From positions 186,001 through 250,000 of the forward strand of contig OZ025739.1 of NCBI GenBank assembly GCA_964019335.1: DNA of 64,000 nt, given 5' to 3'. The number at the start of each line of letters is the position of its first letter. The stretch's first letter is position 1. Below the pieces are notes generated by a model. The model had not been told where the DNA came from, searched no databases, and saw only the letters and a list, made by a program, of their open reading frames with translations. Positions 58,086-64,000 of the stretch are shown piece by piece. Source of the stretch: Diplonema japonicum (lineage: Eukaryota > Protista > Euglenozoa: Diplonemea). Made by a program: the position numbers and the translations under genes.

Positions 58086-59555
58086 ATGACAACGAAGCAA
58101 CACAAGGCATGGGCAAAAAAGAGATCAAGCCTGGCGTTTCTTGATGAAGAGTTGGACGTCCTCTGCAGGTACAAGGAAGTCTCCGGGGGGGTGACGACAA
58201 TGAGACAGCTTCCGAAGGAAGCGTACAAGCTGGTGATGCAATATCTACCGATATACAACACGGAGTGGAAGGGGTTGTTGCAACTAGCTTTCGAAGTATT
58301 CGTCACGTCCCCCGAAGACGCCGAGGCCTACGCCTCCGGTGCAGACAGAATGGGCGTAATCAAGGAAGTTGAAGCTTCGCTAGAGGATCACAAACAAAGG
58401 TTTGGAATGTACGCGGTGTACTTGTCATCGGTGGGGCTGCCTATCGACACGAGAATCGAGGAGCGAGAGGAAATCCGATCTATGCTACAAAAAACGGTGC
58501 AACGCGCCACACGGCAGATAAACCGATGGGAGCTAATTGGGAGGTGGTCGAACTTCCACCACACCACCATGCACACAACCTGTTACGAGTTGGCGCGGAC
58601 GCTTCCAAAACAGCTGAACGTCATTTCGGAAAAGGTGGGAAAGTTCATAGAGGACTGGCCCAACGACCCCGTTGCCACCACCATCACCTCGGAACTCGCG
58701 TTCATCTCGTCCCGCTTGCTTTTGATAGAAAATCTCGGCGCGGAAACCGTCACCAAAGCTGACTGCAAACATATGTTTCTCTCCCTCAACCTCCCTTTCG
58801 ACAATTCTGTATCTGACGATTACCCAAAATGCATTACATTCCGACAAGCTGTAACCTTAGGTTTGTTCACGACATCACGGCTTCGCGGCTTCATATGGGA
58901 AGACAAGATGCCGTGCTATGAAGACAAAGACGAGGAGCTAGCAAGATTCGTAAGAAAAGCCGGCGAGCGGGACGCTCTACGAAAAGCACAGAAAAAACTA
59001 AGAACAGAGAAAAAAAACGAGCGGGTGGCAGAAGCTAAACGCGTGTTAAGCGAAGGAAAAGCAGCTGCCGCAAATCAAATGGGGCTTCGCCTATGGATGG
59101 CAGCAGACAGAGAAACCTTCAGCTATGACCACCACTGGGCGGGATGTGAACTGTGTGGCGACCCACATGTGTCATGGGTCGCTGTTCCATTATCTCAAAA
59201 CAGTACCCCTCCCGTTGTTCTATGCACTACCTGTTCTCCAGAGTACTCCTCGCGCCGTGTCGTCCACAGATCTTACATCTGGTTGTGGATTTCATATCTC
59301 ACAGACCTTACCATATTTGATGAGGTGCCTTCAGTGGCGCGGTTGGCTCTTGCTATGAGCACTTACCGTGATCCTCATATACCTGGGCCTCCTCAGACTA
59401 CTCTTAATGACGAGTTGATCCAGCAGGCGGAGCGGGAGAAAACAGCCGATGAGGAAGAAGAACGGGAGGAGCAGGAAAGGCAGAAACGAGACGAAGCGGA
59501 GTTCGGCTGCATAAAGCAGATGGAGAACGACGACATTGCAGCATCGTTCTGGTGA
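58086..59555 (+). CDS. Hypothetical protein (489 aa) with a possible Zn-finger
   Basis: Long ORF with CELC...CTTC. Confidence 0.75.
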   Translation: MTTKQHKAWAKKRSSLAFLDEELDVLCRYKEVSGGVTTMRQLPKEAYKLVMQYLPIYNTEWKGLLQLAFEVFVTSPEDAEAYASGADRMGVIKEVEASLEDHKQRFGMYAVYLSSVGLPIDTRIEEREEIRSMLQKTVQRATRQINRWELIGRWSNFHHTTMHTTCYELARTLPKQLNVISEKVGKFIEDWPNDPVATTITSELAFISSRLLLIENLGAETVTKADCKHMFLSLNLPFDNSVSDDYPKCITFRQAVTLGLFTTSRLRGFIWEDKMPCYEDKDEELARFVRKAGERDALRKAQKKLRTEKKNERVAEAKRVLSEGKAAAANQMGLRLWMAADRETFSYDHHWAGCELCGDPHVSWVAVPLSQNSTPPVVLCTTCSPEYSSRRVVHRSYIWLWISYLTDLTIFDEVPSVARLALAMSTYRDPHIPGPPQTTLNDELIQQAEREKTADEEEEREEQERQKRDEAEFGCIKQMENDDIAASFW

Positions 59556-59726
59556 GAAAGAAGGAAAAAAAAAAAAAAGAAATGTGGTCTTTAACAAGGT
59601 CTTTTTTTTTTTTATTTACACGCTCTCGTAAAACTTTTTTAATTTTTTTTATATCTCCCCCAAAAAAAATTTGAAACAAATGTTTAAAAAACTCCAACAG
59701 GGGGAAAAAAAAAAAAGAAAAAAAAA

Positions 59727-60326
59727 ATGACGGACCCAAAGTATGGAACTTTCGAATGTGTGTCGCTCGGCTTGTACGAGATACTGGGAACGTCTCCGAC
59801 GGCAAGCGAGAGAGAGATCGAAAGGTCGTACCGAAAAACAGCTTTAAAATTCCACCCCGATAGAAATAAAGACAAAAGAGCTGTGGATGTGTTCAATAAA
59901 ATTCGAGAAGCTTACGAAACGCTGACAGATGCGGAGACTAAGGCGGCGTATGACAAGAAGCTTGCAGGAAAAGCGGCGGCTGAGAAGCGCAACATGGAGA
60001 GGAGCAAAGAGGCGCGGGACAAACGGGAGGAGCTGAACCGGCGTGAAAAAGCGAGCCAGCTTGAAAAACAAACCAGCATTTCAGAGATCAAAAAAGCAAA
60101 ATCCCAGCAACAGGAAGAACAGGATGCCATCGTCAGGACGAGGAAGAGAAAACGCGTAGAGTCCGCTGCAGAGCTCGAAGCAGCACTCCGATCAGACTTG
60201 CTCGGTGACCAAACTGTCAACCAGTGCCTCATTTCGAGAGCTTTCTCTCTGTTCGCAGCTGAGCCGCCAAGTACCGCGTCTCCTCTGGATATTGAAAAAC
60301 TTGAATCTCAAGTTTTAGCGTTTTAG
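59727..60326 (+). CDS. DnaJ-domain protein (DNAJC17/Cwc23-like)
   Basis: LYEILG...[14 protein letters not shown]...AYETLTD...AYD, followed by a charged helix KREELNRRE. Confidence 0.9.
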   Translation: MTDPKYGTFECVSLGLYEILGTSPTASEREIERSYRKTALKFHPDRNKDKRAVDVFNKIREAYETLTDAETKAAYDKKLAGKAAAEKRNMERSKEARDKREELNRREKASQLEKQTSISEIKKAKSQQQEEQDAIVRTRKRKRVESAAELEAALRSDLLGDQTVNQCLISRAFSLFAAEPPSTASPLDIEKLESQVLAF

Positions 60327-60438
60327 CTTTTGAAAAAAAAAAAAAAACTTTTTTTTATATTCTCCTGAAAAAAAAAAATCTCCACAGCGGTGTGGCGGGG
60401 GGGGAAAAAAATGTAAAAAAAAAAAAAAAAAAAAAAAA

Positions 60439-62346
60439 ATGTCGAAAATACCTATGAAAGAGCTCCGGGACCTCCTTCGGAGAAGCGGGATCCCGAAGGC
60501 AGTTTTGCACGAGTTTCAAAAGAAGTCCGTCGGGGGCAAGGAGCTCATGTCCATGAAAGATAGTGATCTGATAGCCCACGGTGCGGTGGACGACCATTTA
60601 AGGAGGAAGCTCCAGAGGATACAGAAAAGATTGAAGGCGGACCCCAACGCCTTCGTGAACGACGTCCCCCCGCATCTGAAGAAAGCCGCGGAGAAGCTGG
60701 AACAATTCTACAAGGCGAACAACGTGGCAGAGAAGATAGGAAGGGCGCAGGGGATCATCGACAACTTCTCGGACAATCCAAAACTCCTGTTAACAGAATT
60801 CCAAAAAAAATACCCCAGCAAAGCCAAGGACATCGCTTTCCTCAAAACCCTTGTAGCCGACCACGATGCCATAGTGTCCAAACACGCTTCTCTTGGAAAA
60901 AAACTTGACGCCCTCTACAAAAAAACCGGTTCCTCTGACGTTGGAAAAGGCGTACACACCATCAACTGCTACGCCGATGCACCTGCCGAGCTTTACAAAA
61001 TTCTCGAACCGAACTACGCGAAGAAGGACGTAACATTCATCGCCGAATGGGCCGGGATCCAGCAAACAGACGAATCTGAAAAAAAACGTCTTCAAGAACA
61101 AGCCGACACCGAAAAAAAACGGCTTCAAGACGAAGCCGATGCGAAAAAACGCTCGGCCGAGGAACAGAAACGGAAAAAAAAAAAAAAGGAGGACGAGGAG
61201 AAACAAAAACGAGAGGAGGAAGAAAAACGGAAACTGGAAGAGGAAGAAGCCGAAAGAGAGAGAAAACAACGTGAGGAAGAAGAGGAATCCGAACGGCAAC
61301 GGGCACGAGAGGAAGAAGCGGAACGAGACAACAGAAAAAGAAGAGAAGAAGAAGAAGCTGAAACAGAGCGCAGACAAAGGGAGGAAGAGGACGAAAAACG
61401 AAGAGAAGAACAAGCCGAAACCGACCGGAGAAGAAAAGAAGAACAAGCCGAGACCGACCGAAGAAGAAGAGAAGAAGAATCTGAACGAAGAAAAGCCGAA
61501 GAAGAAGAACGACGGAAGGCTGACGACGAGCGATGGAAACTCGAACGAGCTGACGAGCTCCGACGCTTAAGCGACATCCAGAGCCGACGAGAGGCTCTCA
61601 GGGAGGAAGAACGGCAACGCAGAGCCAAGGAAGCCTTAGAACGTGCATCATGGGAGCAACCACTTCTCGAAGCAAGGAGCCGTGTCCAAGAAATGGAGAG
61701 AATCCTTCACGAGCACAATCAACGTGAAGACGAGCAGACACAGTTCATGAAGGAGCTCATGATGGAACAAGAGCTTCTCCAAGCAAGGCTGCTGCGCAAG
61801 AAACGAAAGAAGGTCTCCGTCTCCACCCAATACAACAGAGACGAACATTCGTCACCCAGCCAAGGAATGCAGCGTGTGTTGGGTTTGCAACAACAAACAA
61901 TGAGAAACTTGCAGCGACATATCTATGAAGAGGATTTGGAGATAGAACGCCTTGAGGCAGAGCTGGAGATGGTGGAGCAGGAAGCCGTCAGGAATGAGCA
62001 GTTTGCGGAAGAAGGCAGGCTTCGTGTGAAGGCCGTGCAGCATGCGAAAGAACAGGAATTCATCGCCGCCCCGCCCACGCCTGCAACCTGCACAACGTGC
62101 AGCTCGGGGAAGAAAAAAAAGCCCAAAAAGAAACCTTCTCCTTACCCGCAGGTCGTGTACCTCACGGCCCCCGAACCTTCTCCCTACCACAACCCGAGGC
62201 ACTTTGTTGACCCTTTCCCTGCTTACCCGTCTCCGTCGCGCTGCACCTGCACTCCAACACCTGCAGGAGAGAGACGCAGACACCGCCCACACAAGGTCAA
62301 CCCACTGCCCGGCGGATCTGAACCCCCGCCTCTTGTTGTTCTGTAG
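60439..62346 (+). CDS. Protein with an N-terminal SAM-like domain, helical modules and a long E/R/K-rich coiled coil
   Basis: FQKKSVGGKELMSMKDSDLIAHG fits the SAM pattern; charged repeats; Pro-rich tail. Confidence 0.78.
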   Translation: MSKIPMKELRDLLRRSGIPKAVLHEFQKKSVGGKELMSMKDSDLIAHGAVDDHLRRKLQRIQKRLKADPNAFVNDVPPHLKKAAEKLEQFYKANNVAEKIGRAQGIIDNFSDNPKLLLTEFQKKYPSKAKDIAFLKTLVADHDAIVSKHASLGKKLDALYKKTGSSDVGKGVHTINCYADAPAELYKILEPNYAKKDVTFIAEWAGIQQTDESEKKRLQEQADTEKKRLQDEADAKKRSAEEQKRKKKKKEDEEKQKREEEEKRKLEEEEAERERKQREEEEESERQRAREEEAERDNRKRREEEEAETERRQREEEDEKRREEQAETDRRRKEEQAETDRRRREEESERRKAEEEERRKADDERWKLERADELRRLSDIQSRREALREEERQRRAKEALERASWEQPLLEARSRVQEMERILHEHNQREDEQTQFMKELMMEQELLQARLLRKKRKKVSVSTQYNRDEHSSPSQGMQRVLGLQQQTMRNLQRHIYEEDLEIERLEAELEMVEQEAVRNEQFAEEGRLRVKAVQHAKEQEFIAAPPTPATCTTCSSGKKKKPKKKPSPYPQVVYLTAPEPSPYHNPRHFVDPFPAYPSPSRCTCTPTPAGERRRHRPHKVNPLPGGSEPPPLVVL

Positions 62347-62645
62347 ATTCGTTAACTTTTTTTTAAAGGAAAAAAACTTTTTTTTGAACAACTATTTCTA
62401 TAAACCCCCCCCCCCCTCCCCCCAATGAATGTATTGTAGTTTGAAATAAAAAGAATGCAAGAGGGAGGACAAGGGAAAAGGAGGGGGGGAAATGAATAAA
62501 AAGTAAATACCCCCCCCCCCCCCCCACCCCACCCACGTCCCTCCCCTCCCGTTCTTATTATTATTTTTTGTCCATTTTTGCTGTGCAAACAATTTTATTG
62601 TAAAAAAAAAAAAAGAGGGAGGAGAGGGGTGGGAGTGGGGAAGAA

Positions 62646-63887
62646 ATGTCGGGATCTGAGGGGGAGGCCGCTCCTCCGTCTGTCCCCATGCTTGCTGCAC
62701 ATCACAGGTTCGCGGCGCAGGTGAAGTGTCAAGTTCCAACCCCGAGCGTGGCGGCGGGCGTGCTGGAAATGGGGTCCAGCGACTACGAAAATTTCAACGA
62801 AGGCGTGAACGAGAAGATGATGCAGATGGCAACGGGCCACCTCCACAGCGCCGGTTTCGGCCTCCCAACAGACGAACAACATGCGTACTACTGCGGGACC
62901 TCATCGGACTCAGATTTCATATACGGACAGGAAGACGCTATAATGAAGCAGAAACTCACAGAACGGCGTGAAAGGGACCGGAAAGCAATTCTAGCGGAAC
63001 AAGCCAGAGTGAGAAAAGTCCGCATGCAGTGCGCAATGGCACAACTCGTGTCAACCCTTCCCCAACCAAGCGACCATTCTTTGGAAACAATAGTCTCACG
63101 AGCGTGTGAGTACATAGAACAGCTCAGTGCTTCTGCGGAAAACGCTTACTGCGATAACATCCGGCTCAAGGCAAAGATTAAACAGCTTACCGAAGAAGAA
63201 AGCCTCACCGAACGAAGCTCCGTTGCTGACATCCCAAAGCCCGACTTTAACGAAGCTTTAAAAGCCGCTTTGAAAGGCCTTGCTCCGGTGTTCTGGATGG
63301 CATTGGTGTTGTCCGCTGTCATTTCTCCAAGAAGGCTCGCGAGAACTCTGTGGAGCTGGGACCCTGGCCAGGCTGTTGAAAAATTTTTCTCGAACAGACA
63401 GTTATTTTCCGTTCCCGTTGTGCATCGCGGTATAAATGTGTTTTCTGTTGTTGCGGCTGTTATAGCAGTGTTGGTCATGAGGAGGGTTAAGAAGATTTTT
63501 GCGGTGTTGGGATATTCTGCGCTTGCTATTATTCCCGATGAGCAGCCAACAGTGGTGCAGCCGAAGAAGGCACAGCACCGTTCACATGCTCCTCCTTTGC
63601 CCCCGCCCTCTGCCGCTCCTGGTTTTCACCATCCTTTGAAAAAGAAGGCTCAGTCAAAGGTCATGGAATATCTACACTCAGAGGGCATTGCCGCCCGAGG
63701 AAGGATCGTGCCTGAGACTTACCAGCGACGTAGAACTACATCCACCTCCACCTTTAATAATAATACACACGGACACGCGGCAGGCAGAGCTCCTTATGCA
63801 AGATCGCGGACGCTATCTTCGGCGTCATATGGCCAAGGACACCCTCGAATGCTGCGCGCTGCTTTTGGTTCACATGATGATTTCTAA
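62646..63887 (+). CDS. Putative membrane-anchored bHLH-leucine-zipper protein
   Basis: Basic region, then helix MQCAMAQLVSTLP, loop, helix SLETIVSRACEYIEQL, zipper, and 2-3 hydrophobic segments. Confidence 0.65.
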   Translation: MSGSEGEAAPPSVPMLAAHHRFAAQVKCQVPTPSVAAGVLEMGSSDYENFNEGVNEKMMQMATGHLHSAGFGLPTDEQHAYYCGTSSDSDFIYGQEDAIMKQKLTERRERDRKAILAEQARVRKVRMQCAMAQLVSTLPQPSDHSLETIVSRACEYIEQLSASAENAYCDNIRLKAKIKQLTEEESLTERSSVADIPKPDFNEALKAALKGLAPVFWMALVLSAVISPRRLARTLWSWDPGQAVEKFFSNRQLFSVPVVHRGINVFSVVAAVIAVLVMRRVKKIFAVLGYSALAIIPDEQPTVVQPKKAQHRSHAPPLPPPSAAPGFHHPLKKKAQSKVMEYLHSEGIAARGRIVPETYQRRRTTSTSTFNNNTHGHAAGRAPYARSRTLSSASYGQGHPRMLRAAFGSHDDF

Positions 63888-64000
63888 TATTTATTCGGGG
63901 AAAAAAAAAAAAAAAAAAAAAAAAATGGGGAATTTTTTTTTTTGATCAGTTTCAGTTTTTTTATTCGTGTGACTTTTTTTTTGATATCGTGCGTTCCGTG

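Noticed and set aside
1-64000. tRNA, rRNA, spliced-leader RNA or snoRNA genes
   Set aside because: No convincing cloverleaf, SL exon or box C/D pair was found by eye; a covariance-model scan would be needed to exclude them.

Overview
This is eukaryotic nuclear DNA, most likely a diplonemid or another free-living euglenozoan. That is an inference from three observations: a kinetoplastid-like RPL10A, all ~25 host genes lying on the + strand as one directional cluster, and many tiny GT-AG introns with GTATG donors. Host genes include two RPL10A copies, CFAP20, a 1427-aa secreted Cys-rich repeat protein, a two-pore K+ channel with internal EF-hands, a multi-TM CAMKK-like kinase, a GST ending in AKL, and a large ankyrin protein with possible degenerate ART/STAND domains. 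Also present are an acylated vault/SPFH protein, APC2, an epsin/ENTH protein, a cold-shock protein, three malate dehydrogenases, a DnaJ protein and a membrane-anchored bHLH-ZIP candidate. Intergenic DNA is rich in homopolymers and carries two internally deleted piggyBac elements (TTAA and ATAA target duplications), a pogo-like element and a foldback element. It also carries several 5'-truncated non-LTR retroelement copies that have very short 3' UTRs, no poly(A) tail, and sit in duplicated poly(T) tracts. All calls were made by eye; no database searches were run.
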